Positions 31,075 through 39,999 of a DNA stretch of 64,000 bases are shown here, piece by piece. Positions within the stretch are counted from its first letter, which is position 1, and each line of letters starts with the position of its first letter. Below the pieces are notes generated by a model, which saw only the letters and a list, made by a program, of their open reading frames with translations, was not told the DNA's origin and did no database searches. The stretch lies in the sequence record DRR723986_7087; one strand, 5' to 3'. The position numbers and the translations under genes were made by a program.

Positions 31075-33378
31075 ATGTTTACGACCCGTAATTTTAAACT
31101 CAAACGGTTACCAGCGGCCCTACTGGCCACTACAGTGTGCAGCGGCGCGGCCGCCGCGACGCAGCTGGAAGAGGTATTAGTCACCGCCGAGAAAAAGTCG
31201 GCCAGTATCCAAGATGTCCCCATGTCTGTGGCGGCGATTTCCGGTGATGACGTTGGCATGGGAAAAGTCACTGAAATGAATGACGTGGCGATGCAAACAC
31301 CGGGTATGTCCTTCACGCAGTTCAACCTGGGCGAGCCACGGGTGTACATTCGCGGCATCGGCAATAGCTCAGACTCAGCGGCCAGCGATTCTGCGGTGGG
31401 TATTTTTATTGACGAAATTTATATTGGTCGCGCTGGCGGCTCCGGTTTCGATCTGTTCGACCTTGAGCGCATTGAAATTCTAAAGGGCCCACAAGGCACG
31501 CTATACGGTAAAAACACCAATGGCGGTGCCATCAACTTTATCACCAGTCGCCCCGATTACGACCCCATGACCAAGCTGAGCGTAACGGCAGGCAACAAGG
31601 GCCTGTTCCATGCGCAGGCGCTGGTGACAGGCGGGTTAACCGATACCATCGCCGGGAAGATAAGTGTGGCGAGCAAGCAGCGCGACGGTTTTCAAAAAAA
31701 TGTTATTCGTCCCTCCGACGTTACCGTTGATACCAACCTGAGCAATAGCCCCATCATTGGCAACTCAAAGGGAGCATCCGGACAGGGTGACGAGCTGGGC
31801 GACATCGAGAGTATTAATCTGCGCGGCCAGCTACTGTTCGACCTTAGCGACACCACCCTGCTGTTGCTCAGCGCCGATTACTCCAAGGACGAAACCAATG
31901 GCAGTTGCAGTCATTTAATGGACTTGTCGGCCGGTGTAATGGGAACCGGCGCGCTCTGGCAAGCTGGTGTGGACAGCTTGTCAGCGGGCTATCGCAGCAA
32001 TATTCGCAGCTGTGCATCGCAATTTGATACCTCACAGGAACGCGAGATTCAGGGCTTCAGTGCGCGTGTTGAGCACGGTTTGGAATGGGCAGAACTCTTG
32101 TCCATCACCGCTTGGCGCGCCAGCGATGTATTCCATGTTGACGACCTGACCGGCCTGCCCCTCACCGACATCACGGTTGCCAATTCGGTACCGGAAAACG
32201 TGATCAATGGCGCCGAGGAAAGTGCCTCGCAATTCTCCCAGGAATTTCGCCTCAGCGGCAACCTGGAAAATATCGACTGGATTGCCGGTGTGTTTTATAT
32301 GCAGGAAGACGTCGAGCGCGATGAGCAATTTTACACGCGTTATAACGCCGCACTCAGCGGCGGTCTAGGCCTGGCGCCGGAAGGCAATGTGCTGTTTTTG
32401 CAGGATAACACCACCACCAGCATTGCGACCTATGCCCAGGCTGACTGGCATATCGATAACTGGACACTGACCTACGGCGTGCGCTGGAGTCAGGACGAAA
32501 AAGAAATCAGCCAAGACGCCAAAGACCTGCTGGGCACAGGCGCGCCCACGGGGGTACCACTCATACTTCCTGAATTCCCGACTGCGGTGAAGGGCAAGGA
32601 AGACTGGGAAGAGATTACCCATAAAGCCTCGGTAAACTATCGCTTTGGTGAGGACGCCATGGTCTACCTGACCTACTCGGAAGGTTTTAAAAGTGGCGCC
32701 TTCCCCTCTCAAACCAACTTGCCGGAGAACGCGACGAAAACCGTTGACCCCGAGTTTGTGGAAAACATCGAAGTGGGGCTTAAGTCCACCTGGTTCGATA
32801 ACCGTTTGCAATTCAACATTGCTTACTACGACATCGACTACGACAACTTGCAGGTGTTTGAGCTAACCCCAACCCTATTGCTGGTGCTCAACAGCGCCCA
32901 AGCTGAGTCCACGGGCTTTGAAACCAGCGTCGCCCTGGCTGCCTCAGATCGGCTGGTGATCAGTGCCAATTACAACCACGGGAAAGCGCGCTACGAAGAC
33001 TTTGTCACCTCAGGTGGGAATGACTACAGCGGCAATCAATTACAGTGGTCGCCAGACCGCTCGGGCAGCATTGATGCCGACTACACCATCCCCCTGGAGG
33101 GCGGTTCAATTGTCGAATTCAATGTGAGCTATTCCTGGAAAGATGACTACTACACGGCGGCCAGCAACGCAGCGGTCACCAAACAAAAGTCGCTGTCTAA
33201 TCTGGGCGTTTCCGCGGGCTGGACTAGCGCTGATCAGTCGCTGTCGGTAAGACTCTGGGGGAAAAACCTGGGTGATAAAGACCAAACCACCAATGTGGTC
33301 GTGGACCCAACTGGGGTAACGTCAAACAAGTTTGCCGACCCCACTACATTTGGGGTAACGGTAAGCAAAACCTTCTAA
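31075..33378 (+). CDS. TonB-dependent outer-membrane receptor
   Basis: Signal peptide; LEEVLVTAEK TonB box; DLERIEILKGPQGTLYGKN plug; C-terminal Phe. Confidence 0.95.
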   Translation: MFTTRNFKLKRLPAALLATTVCSGAAAATQLEEVLVTAEKKSASIQDVPMSVAAISGDDVGMGKVTEMNDVAMQTPGMSFTQFNLGEPRVYIRGIGNSSDSAASDSAVGIFIDEIYIGRAGGSGFDLFDLERIEILKGPQGTLYGKNTNGGAINFITSRPDYDPMTKLSVTAGNKGLFHAQALVTGGLTDTIAGKISVASKQRDGFQKNVIRPSDVTVDTNLSNSPIIGNSKGASGQGDELGDIESINLRGQLLFDLSDTTLLLLSADYSKDETNGSCSHLMDLSAGVMGTGALWQAGVDSLSAGYRSNIRSCASQFDTSQEREIQGFSARVEHGLEWAELLSITAWRASDVFHVDDLTGLPLTDITVANSVPENVINGAEESASQFSQEFRLSGNLENIDWIAGVFYMQEDVERDEQFYTRYNAALSGGLGLAPEGNVLFLQDNTTTSIATYAQADWHIDNWTLTYGVRWSQDEKEISQDAKDLLGTGAPTGVPLILPEFPTAVKGKEDWEEITHKASVNYRFGEDAMVYLTYSEGFKSGAFPSQTNLPENATKTVDPEFVENIEVGLKSTWFDNRLQFNIAYYDIDYDNLQVFELTPTLLLVLNSAQAESTGFETSVALAASDRLVISANYNHGKARYEDFVTSGGNDYSGNQLQWSPDRSGSIDADYTIPLEGGSIVEFNVSYSWKDDYYTAASNAAVTKQKSLSNLGVSAGWTSADQSLSVRLWGKNLGDKDQTTNVVVDPTGVTSNKFADPTTFGVTVSKTF

Positions 33379-33384
33379 ACCCTT

Positions 33385-33411
33385 CCCCCGCGCTCATGCC
33401 GAGTGCGGGGG
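33385..33411. terminator. Hairpin between the convergent TBDR and regulator genes
   Basis: CCCCCGCGCTC-ATGCC-GAGTGCGGGGG, 11-bp stem with one G:U pair. Confidence 0.55.
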
Positions 33412-33441
33412 CACTACCCAGATTTTTTACTGGCTCCAGGT

Positions 33442-34365
33442 TTATTGAAAGCGTACTTCATCAGTTCGGGGAACGGTGTGGCAACTATCGCAAATGACGT
33501 CGGTTGCCAGCTCTTTACCACAGGGACGATGTACCAGGGTTAAGGGGTGCTTCACTTTGGGTAACCACTCAAGCACCCACTGGCGCAGCGCCATGGTGAG
33601 TGGGTAAAGCGCCTTGCCCTTTTCAGTCAGGTGGTACTCGTAGCGCGGTGGATTACTACTGTATGCATCTTTGGAAAAAATACCGGTGTACACCAACAGC
33701 TTTAAGCGGTCGGCTAGCACATTGGTCGCCACACCGAGATGTTGGCGAAAGTCGTCGTAGCGAGTCAGGCCAACAAAGGCCATTGCCATTAACAACAGTG
33801 TCCAACGGTCGCCAATGATATCGGTGACGTGCCCCAGCATTTGCTGATTGCCACCGCGGGTACGTCGTTGGCTGCCAATTTCAGTCAATGCGCCGGCAGT
33901 AGCCCCTTCGGGAGAGGCTTTTACCACGCGCTCTACATCGTCGTAATGGAGAGGCTCACCGCAATGTCGACACACCGCCAGTGGCGTGAGGCGATGCCCG
34001 TCTCCCTCGCCATAGGAATGCCACAACTGTGTAGGCAATTCCGCGTCGGAGGCATCGGCCCATTCGCTCTCCCACTGCCAGATCAACAGTGCCCAGGGGT
34101 AAAGCGCCAACCCTTTTCCGGTCAGCCGGTACTCGTAGCGCAGTGGCGATGTTTGATAGGGGTTTTTATAGAGAATGCCATTGGCAACCAAATTCTCTAA
34201 ACGAGAGCTCAATGTGCCACGTGACGCGCCGGTGCGGCGCCGGAATTCATCAAAGCGATGTTGCCCGAGAAAGGTTTCCCTAAGAATCAGGATCGTCCAA
34301 CGGTCACCGAGGATATTCAGCCCGCGGGCCACTGGGTTGGAAAGTAATTGCTGGGCGGCTTGCAT
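33442..34365 (-). CDS. Transcriptional regulator with two tandem HxlR-type winged-helix domains
   Basis: Internal duplication ILGDRWTILILRE...YEYRLTGKG / IIGDRWTLLLMA...YEYHLTEKG; each copy ends in a CxxC-containing tail. Confidence 0.9.
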   Translation of the reverse strand: MQAAQQLLSNPVARGLNILGDRWTILILRETFLGQHRFDEFRRRTGASRGTLSSRLENLVANGILYKNPYQTSPLRYEYRLTGKGLALYPWALLIWQWESEWADASDAELPTQLWHSYGEGDGHRLTPLAVCRHCGEPLHYDDVERVVKASPEGATAGALTEIGSQRRTRGGNQQMLGHVTDIIGDRWTLLLMAMAFVGLTRYDDFRQHLGVATNVLADRLKLLVYTGIFSKDAYSSNPPRYEYHLTEKGKALYPLTMALRQWVLEWLPKVKHPLTLVHRPCGKELATDVICDSCHTVPRTDEVRFQ

Positions 34366-34448
34366 GCAGCGAACACTACAACAAAAGTGACAAACGATAA
34401 ATAAAAAATAGGTAAAAACGCGCTTGTTTACCCTCCCGACAGACTGTT

Positions 34449-34465
34449 AGTCTAATAAAGAAAGT
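34449..34465 (+). promoter_or_regulatory. Candidate operator 3 of the tandem-HxlR regulator
   Basis: AGTCTAATAAAGAAAGT in the regulator/paaN divergent region. Confidence 0.45.
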
Positions 34466-34558
34466 AACAAGCCAGCCCAAACAGATTTGGCCATACCAAC
34501 ATTAACAAAGCGCTAATCAAGCGCCGTTTACGATTCACCAACAATAACGAGACTAGCC

Positions 34559-36241
34559 ATGAGTAATTGGTTCACCCGCCATAAATCAATGTTAGACAAA
34601 GCCCTGGACGCCTGCGAAAAGCGCTATTCCTGGACCGCGTTCAGCGAGAGTCCCAGCAGTAAAATCCATGGGGTTGAGCTTCCAGCGGCTGGGAAAGCAC
34701 GCTTTGAGGCACTGCTCGGCAAGGACTACCCGCTGCATCAGGCCGGTAACAACGGTTGGGTAGGCGCTGAAATTTCCCCCTATACTGGCGAGCGTCTTGG
34801 GGTTCTTTACCCCAAGGTGGATGTCGACACGCTGTTTCAAGCCATTTCCAAAGCTCAGCCCGCATGGCGAGATGCCGGCGTGGAAACACGCATGGGGGTG
34901 TGTCTTGAAATACTTGAGCGCTGTTCACAGCAATTGTTTGAAAACGCTCACGCCACCATGCATACCGCCGGGCAAAGCTACATTATGGCCTTTGCTGGCA
35001 GTGGTGCGAATGCACTGGATCGCGGCCTGGAAGCGCTTGCCTACGCGTATAAAGCAATGCGTGATGTACCGGAACAGGCGGAGTGGCAACGTCAGTTTGG
35101 GAGCGATGGCGCAGCGAAACTGACCAAGTTCTATCGACTAATGCCCCGCGGCATTGCCGTTAATATCTGCTGTGCGACGTTTCCGCTGTGGAATGGCTAC
35201 CCGGCACTATTTGCCAGCCTGGCAACCGGCAATCCGGTGGTATTCAAACCCCACCCCAGCGCCATTTTGCCCGTTGCCCTGGTCGTCTCGGTTTGTCAGG
35301 CGGTGTTAATGGAGGCAGGCTTCGATAGCAACCTGGTGACGATGGTGGCGGATACGCGCGATGAACCCGCCACCATGGCGCTATTAGAGCACCCCGATAC
35401 CGCCATCATCGATTTCACCGGCAGCCCAACGTTTGGCAGCTGGATTGAGCAGCACTGTCGCAATGCCCTGGTATTCACCGAAACGGCTGGCTGCAACTCT
35501 GTGGTCATTGAATCCACCGACGACTTCGAGGGTATGTGCAGTGCCATTGCCCACTCGCTGTGTCAGGCCTCTGCGCAGATGTGCACCAGCGTTCAAAACA
35601 TTCACATTCCCGCCGAGGGCATTCTGGTCAATGGTGAGCGAAGAAGTTTTGACGATGTTGCGCAGGGCCTGGTGGACGCCGTAGAGACGCACCTGAGCAA
35701 TCCGAAAAAAGCCGCTTTTCTCTGCGGCACACTGGTGAGCGACGATATCTATCTAACACTGGAGAAAATGCGCGAGCTCGGCGCTCAGCACGGCCGCGTA
35801 CTGCGCGATTCCGCGCCCTACTCCCACCCTGAGTTTCCAAAGGCGCGCACCGCAACACCGCTAATGATTCAGGTAAGCGACGCGCAGCGCGAACTGTATC
35901 GGGATGAATTTTTTGGCCCTATCTCGTTTTTGATCAAAGGCGCGAGCATTGATAGCTGCTTGCACGATGCCACCACAAATGCCCGGGATTGTGGCGCAAT
36001 AACCTCACATGTCTATTCGGTGAACAGTGAGTTCCTGGAGCGAGCCCAAGATGCCTATAACCATGCAGGCGCCTCTGTTGCCTGTAATTTAATGGGAATG
36101 CCCATCAATTTTGCCGCCGCCTATAGCGATTACCACGTTACTGGCCTAAACCCCGCAGGCAATGCTTGTCTTACCGACCTCGCCTTTGTTGCCGGTCGTT
36201 TTCGTATTGTACAGCGCAAGATTATGCGTTCCGACGTGTGA
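34559..36241 (+). CDS. paaN: PaaN-like aldehyde dehydrogenase-superfamily protein
   Basis: SPSSKIHG, MAFAGSGANALDRGLEA, CATFPLWNGYPALFASLATGNPV, AQMCT (catalytic Cys) and AAYSDYHVTGLNPAGNA. Confidence 0.82.
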   Translation: MSNWFTRHKSMLDKALDACEKRYSWTAFSESPSSKIHGVELPAAGKARFEALLGKDYPLHQAGNNGWVGAEISPYTGERLGVLYPKVDVDTLFQAISKAQPAWRDAGVETRMGVCLEILERCSQQLFENAHATMHTAGQSYIMAFAGSGANALDRGLEALAYAYKAMRDVPEQAEWQRQFGSDGAAKLTKFYRLMPRGIAVNICCATFPLWNGYPALFASLATGNPVVFKPHPSAILPVALVVSVCQAVLMEAGFDSNLVTMVADTRDEPATMALLEHPDTAIIDFTGSPTFGSWIEQHCRNALVFTETAGCNSVVIESTDDFEGMCSAIAHSLCQASAQMCTSVQNIHIPAEGILVNGERRSFDDVAQGLVDAVETHLSNPKKAAFLCGTLVSDDIYLTLEKMRELGAQHGRVLRDSAPYSHPEFPKARTATPLMIQVSDAQRELYRDEFFGPISFLIKGASIDSCLHDATTNARDCGAITSHVYSVNSEFLERAQDAYNHAGASVACNLMGMPINFAAAYSDYHVTGLNPAGNACLTDLAFVAGRFRIVQRKIMRSDV

Positions 36242-36251
36242 GGCAGGGGTG

Positions 36252-37499
36252 ATGACGGAGGTATTTATTTTAGGAATTGGCATGACCGCGCTGGGCAAGT
36301 TTACCGAGCGAAGCGTTAAAGATCTGAGCCGCGAGGCGGTTGCCAGAGCGCTCGCGGATGCCGATATTCACCAGGACGACATCGAGGCCGCCTGGTTTTC
36401 CAATACCCGCCAAGGCCTGCTTGAGGGGCAAAATGGTATTCGCGGCCAGTGTGCTCTTAGACCCTTAGGGTTTTCGGGTATCCCCATCGCCAATATCGAG
36501 AATGCGTGCGCCTCGGGCTCTACCGCCCTGCTTCAAGCCATCGCCCACATTAAAGCTGGAATGTGCGACGTCGCGTTGGTGGTGGGCGCTGAAAAGATGT
36601 TTTTCCCGGAAAAACGCGAGGCGATGTTCAATGCGTTTAAAGGCGGCACGGATATCCATCGCCTGGAGGAATTTCATCAGCAGGTAAGCGCCCAGGGCGC
36701 CGCCCTGATCCCAGATGAGTACCGGCAAGACGACGGTAAACAACGCAGTTTCTTTATGGACAGCTATGCCGCACAGGCCCGCTTGCACATGCAAAAATAC
36801 GGCACCACACAGCGCCAATTTGCTGCAGCGGCGGCAAAGAACCACTGGCATTCCACCATGAATCCACTCGCGCAGTACCAGCACGATATGACGGTCGACG
36901 AGGTGCTCGCCGGGCGCGTTATCACCTGGCCTTTTACGTTGCCGATGTGCGCACCAATTTCCGACGGCGCTGCGGCGGCGGTTGTCTGCTCTGCAGACGT
37001 ATTACGACGCCTTGGCAAACGGCGCGCTATACGCATTCGCTCCCTGGCGCTGCGCAGCGGCATTCAACGTGACGCCGACGATTTTGCCAACCACATTGGC
37101 CGGCTGACAGCACAACAGGCCTATGAACAAGCTGGTATTGCTCCCTGCGATGTCGATGTCGCCGAAGTGCATGACGCAAGCGCCTACGCGGAAATTCAGC
37201 AAATAGAAAATCTGGGCTTGTGCGAGCTTGGCGAAGGCGGCGTCTACACCGAGCAAGGGCACACAGCGTTGGGAGGCGCCACCCCTGTTAACCCTTCGGG
37301 GGGGCTGGTCTCCAAGGGTCACCCAGTGGGAGCGACTGGTATTATGCAACTGCATGAGTTGGTCACTCAGCTACGCGGCGAAGCCGGCAAGCGCCAAGTT
37401 AATGGTGCGCGCATCGCTGTAGCTGAAAACGGCGGCGGCTTCTATGAAACTGAAGAAGCGGCAACCACCGTCACCGTGCTGGAGGGGCCAAGCCGATGA
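36252..37499 (+). CDS. SCP2-like thiolase family protein
   Basis: NIENACASG, EVHDAS, NPSGGLVSKGHPVGATG and AENGGG; start set at ATG 36252. Confidence 0.9.
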   Translation: MTEVFILGIGMTALGKFTERSVKDLSREAVARALADADIHQDDIEAAWFSNTRQGLLEGQNGIRGQCALRPLGFSGIPIANIENACASGSTALLQAIAHIKAGMCDVALVVGAEKMFFPEKREAMFNAFKGGTDIHRLEEFHQQVSAQGAALIPDEYRQDDGKQRSFFMDSYAAQARLHMQKYGTTQRQFAAAAAKNHWHSTMNPLAQYQHDMTVDEVLAGRVITWPFTLPMCAPISDGAAAAVVCSADVLRRLGKRRAIRIRSLALRSGIQRDADDFANHIGRLTAQQAYEQAGIAPCDVDVAEVHDASAYAEIQQIENLGLCELGEGGVYTEQGHTALGGATPVNPSGGLVSKGHPVGATGIMQLHELVTQLRGEAGKRQVNGARIAVAENGGGFYETEEAATTVTVLEGPSR

Positions 37500-39034
37500 A
37501 ACGACCGATTGAATACTTATACCAGGGCTTGGATATCAACCCTCGTGGTATCGCCGCCACCGACCAGCGCGAGCAGGTCAGCTACAGTGAACTCGTCACG
37601 CGAGTTGAGGCGCTGGCACAAGCACTCCGGCAACGCCTACCCGACGGCGCTCACGTTGCGTTGTGCGCGCAAAACCACATCGATCACCTCGTGGCACACC
37701 TCGCCATTATCGCGGCGAATCAGGTGTGGGTGCCAATCAACCCCAAAAATGGTCAGCAACTCAATAGCCAATTGATCGAAGTCAGTCAGCCGCAACTCAT
37801 TTTGGTGGATCGCGCCAGCCTGGACAGCCTGCCGGAAACTCTCACGGAAACCCGCAGCCCTGTGGTAAGCATTGATACGCCAAATGAGGGGACAAGGCAG
37901 TGGATTGAACAATTTCGCGGCCGGGCATTTACGCTGGAGCTGCCCTCTTTTGATCGCACAATGGCGATTAAATTTACCGGCGGCACCACGGGCCAACCGA
38001 AAGGCGTTATCCAAACTCACGGCAATGTATCGGCGGTAGTCGCGAATATGCAGGCGCAGTTTGACTTTACTCGCGATGACGTCAATCTTGCCGTGGCGCC
38101 ACTCACGCATGGTGGCTCGCACTATATCCTGCCGATACTCGGCGCTGGCGGTAGCCACTGCTTGCTCACCACCCCGGATATCGCAAAGATCGCTCAGGCA
38201 TTGCCACATAGCAGCGTTAGCTTTATGCCACCGACCTTGATTTACAAATTGCTTGAATACCCCGGCCTCGACCGCGATTCAGCACCTAGGCTGCGCCACC
38301 TTACCTACAGTGCTGCGCCAATGCCACCGCAGAAAATCAGCGAGGTCATCACCCGTTTTGGCCCATGTTTGTCTACCGTCTACGGGCAAACTGAAGCCCC
38401 CATGACCATTACCGCCATGAGCGCCCAGGACATGCAAAATCCTGCGCGGCAGCGATCAGTGGGTCGCCCTTGCCTGCACTCCGAGCTGTGTATACTGGGC
38501 CCAGATGGCGCCGCTCTTCCCGCTGGCGAGACCGGCGAGGTCGCGGTGCGTGGCGGCATCGTGATGCCCGGCTATTTCGGCTCACCAGAACAATCGGCCG
38601 GCGCCTTCAAAGACGGCTGGTTATTGACCGGAGATTTGGGCTACGTCGACGCGGATGGCTATTTGTTCCTACAGGGCCGCAGCAAGGAATTGATTATTTC
38701 AGGTGGCTTTAATGTGTACCCCGCCGAAGTGGAAAATGCCTTGATAAAACTCCCCGATGTTCAAGAGTGCGCCGTGTTTGGCGTTGCGGATGAGTACTGG
38801 GGAGAGCGCGTGGAAGCTGCCGTGTGCTTGGTCGATGGCAGCACCGCCAACAGTGACACCCTGCGGGCGCAACTAAAGCCACTATTGGGCGACGTAAAAA
38901 CCCCCAAGCGTATACACCTTCTTTCGGCACTGCCCCGCAATCCCGTTGGCAAAGTCGTCAGGCGGGAAGTTAAAGCCCTGTGCCACTCGCACGAGAACCC
39001 TATTGAACACAACGCGGAGGCCCGTTCCCGATGA
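37496..39034 (+). CDS. AMP-dependent acyl-CoA ligase
   Basis: FTGGTTGQPKG, YGQTEAP, TGDLG, GRSKELIISGGFNVYP and LPRNPVGKV motifs. Confidence 0.93.
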   Translation: MKRPIEYLYQGLDINPRGIAATDQREQVSYSELVTRVEALAQALRQRLPDGAHVALCAQNHIDHLVAHLAIIAANQVWVPINPKNGQQLNSQLIEVSQPQLILVDRASLDSLPETLTETRSPVVSIDTPNEGTRQWIEQFRGRAFTLELPSFDRTMAIKFTGGTTGQPKGVIQTHGNVSAVVANMQAQFDFTRDDVNLAVAPLTHGGSHYILPILGAGGSHCLLTTPDIAKIAQALPHSSVSFMPPTLIYKLLEYPGLDRDSAPRLRHLTYSAAPMPPQKISEVITRFGPCLSTVYGQTEAPMTITAMSAQDMQNPARQRSVGRPCLHSELCILGPDGAALPAGETGEVAVRGGIVMPGYFGSPEQSAGAFKDGWLLTGDLGYVDADGYLFLQGRSKELIISGGFNVYPAEVENALIKLPDVQECAVFGVADEYWGERVEAAVCLVDGSTANSDTLRAQLKPLLGDVKTPKRIHLLSALPRNPVGKVVRREVKALCHSHENPIEHNAEARSR

Positions 39035-39471
39035 CACAATGGACCAGCGATACCACACTTACCGGCATGGAGCGAGTAAAGCAGTTTGAGGCTCAGACCG
39101 AGCGCAGCGGTATGGCGGCGAACTTGGGCTACGACATTGTTTCCATCAATGATGGTGAGGTGCTGTACCGCTACACACCAAAAGCGCGCCACCAAAATTT
39201 AATAGGCTCCCTGCACGGCGGCATCTTGGCATCACTGCTGGACACGGCAATGGGTGCCGCGGTGATGACGAAGTTAGCGGCGGGTGAATTTCACACCATG
39301 ACGGACTTGTCGATCAAATTTATCGGCGCCGTTCGCGACCCCGACGAAGAACTGCTCATTGAAGCGCGGGTCGATCACCCCGGCAAACGCTTGCTGGCAA
39401 CAGAAGGGGTGATTAAAAATACCCAGGGGCGCATTATTGCCAGGGCGATCGCCAGCGCAATAAGGCTTTAA
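39031..39471 (+). CDS. PaaI-family hotdog-fold thioesterase
   Basis: NLIGSLHGGILASLLDTAMG motif; 4-bp overlap with the ligase. Confidence 0.9.
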   Translation: MTQWTSDTTLTGMERVKQFEAQTERSGMAANLGYDIVSINDGEVLYRYTPKARHQNLIGSLHGGILASLLDTAMGAAVMTKLAAGEFHTMTDLSIKFIGAVRDPDEELLIEARVDHPGKRLLATEGVIKNTQGRIIARAIASAIRL

Positions 39472-39525
39472 GAAACCGCGGTGCAAAGCGCCATCGGCCA
39501 GTGACGGCTTCGTCAGGCGCCGAGC

Positions 39526-39999
39526 TCAGTAGTCGCTGTCACTCTCAAAAACAACGAGCAAATCCCGGTTCTCACCACTGCCACCTTCCACGCCATCCGC
39601 ACCGAAGGTTTTCACGCTGAAGGATGGCGGTGCGTCGGAGCTGTGATAGATATAATCGCGCTTCCACGGGTCGCGAATCAGACTGCTACGACTTAAATAG
39701 GGGCCGGCCCAACGCGGGCTGAGAGGCTCCAAGACGGGGCTTTCCAACAGCGCGTATAGCCCTTGGTCGGGGCTTGGGTAACGCAAATTATCAAGCTTAT
39801 ATTGATGCAGAGCCCGGGTAATTCGCTCCAGGTCAATCACCGCTTGCTCATGCAAAGCCTCATCGACACGCTGCTTAACAAGGCTACTTACATATATCGT
39901 TAGTGCTGAGGCGATCAGCAATACAAAGAGAATTTCTCGACGGGTAATACCCCGGCTAGCGCCGGGGCCTGAGTTTGCCATACGGAGGCGAGGGTGCAT
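39526..39999 (-). CDS. gspG: Type II secretion major pseudopilin GspG-like protein (orphan)
   Basis: ALHQYKLDN.RYP..DQGL.AL, WAGPYL, DPW..DYIY and FGADGVEGGSGEN.D motifs. Confidence 0.75.
   Translation of the reverse strand: MHPRLRMANSGPGASRGITRREILFVLLIASALTIYVSSLVKQRVDEALHEQAVIDLERITRALHQYKLDNLRYPSPDQGLYALLESPVLEPLSPRWAGPYLSRSSLIRDPWKRDYIYHSSDAPPSFSVKTFGADGVEGGSGENRDLLVVFESDSDY

Noticed and set aside
34431-34438. CCCTCCCG as a KOPS site
   Set aside because: Mismatch to CCCTNCCC; not counted.
22452-39525. Catabolic cluster as an IMEX or genomic island integrated at dif
   Set aside because: I found no second dif-like site, integrase, transposase, phage gene or flanking direct repeat, and no obvious compositional shift by eye. 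Adjacency to dif alone is insufficient.
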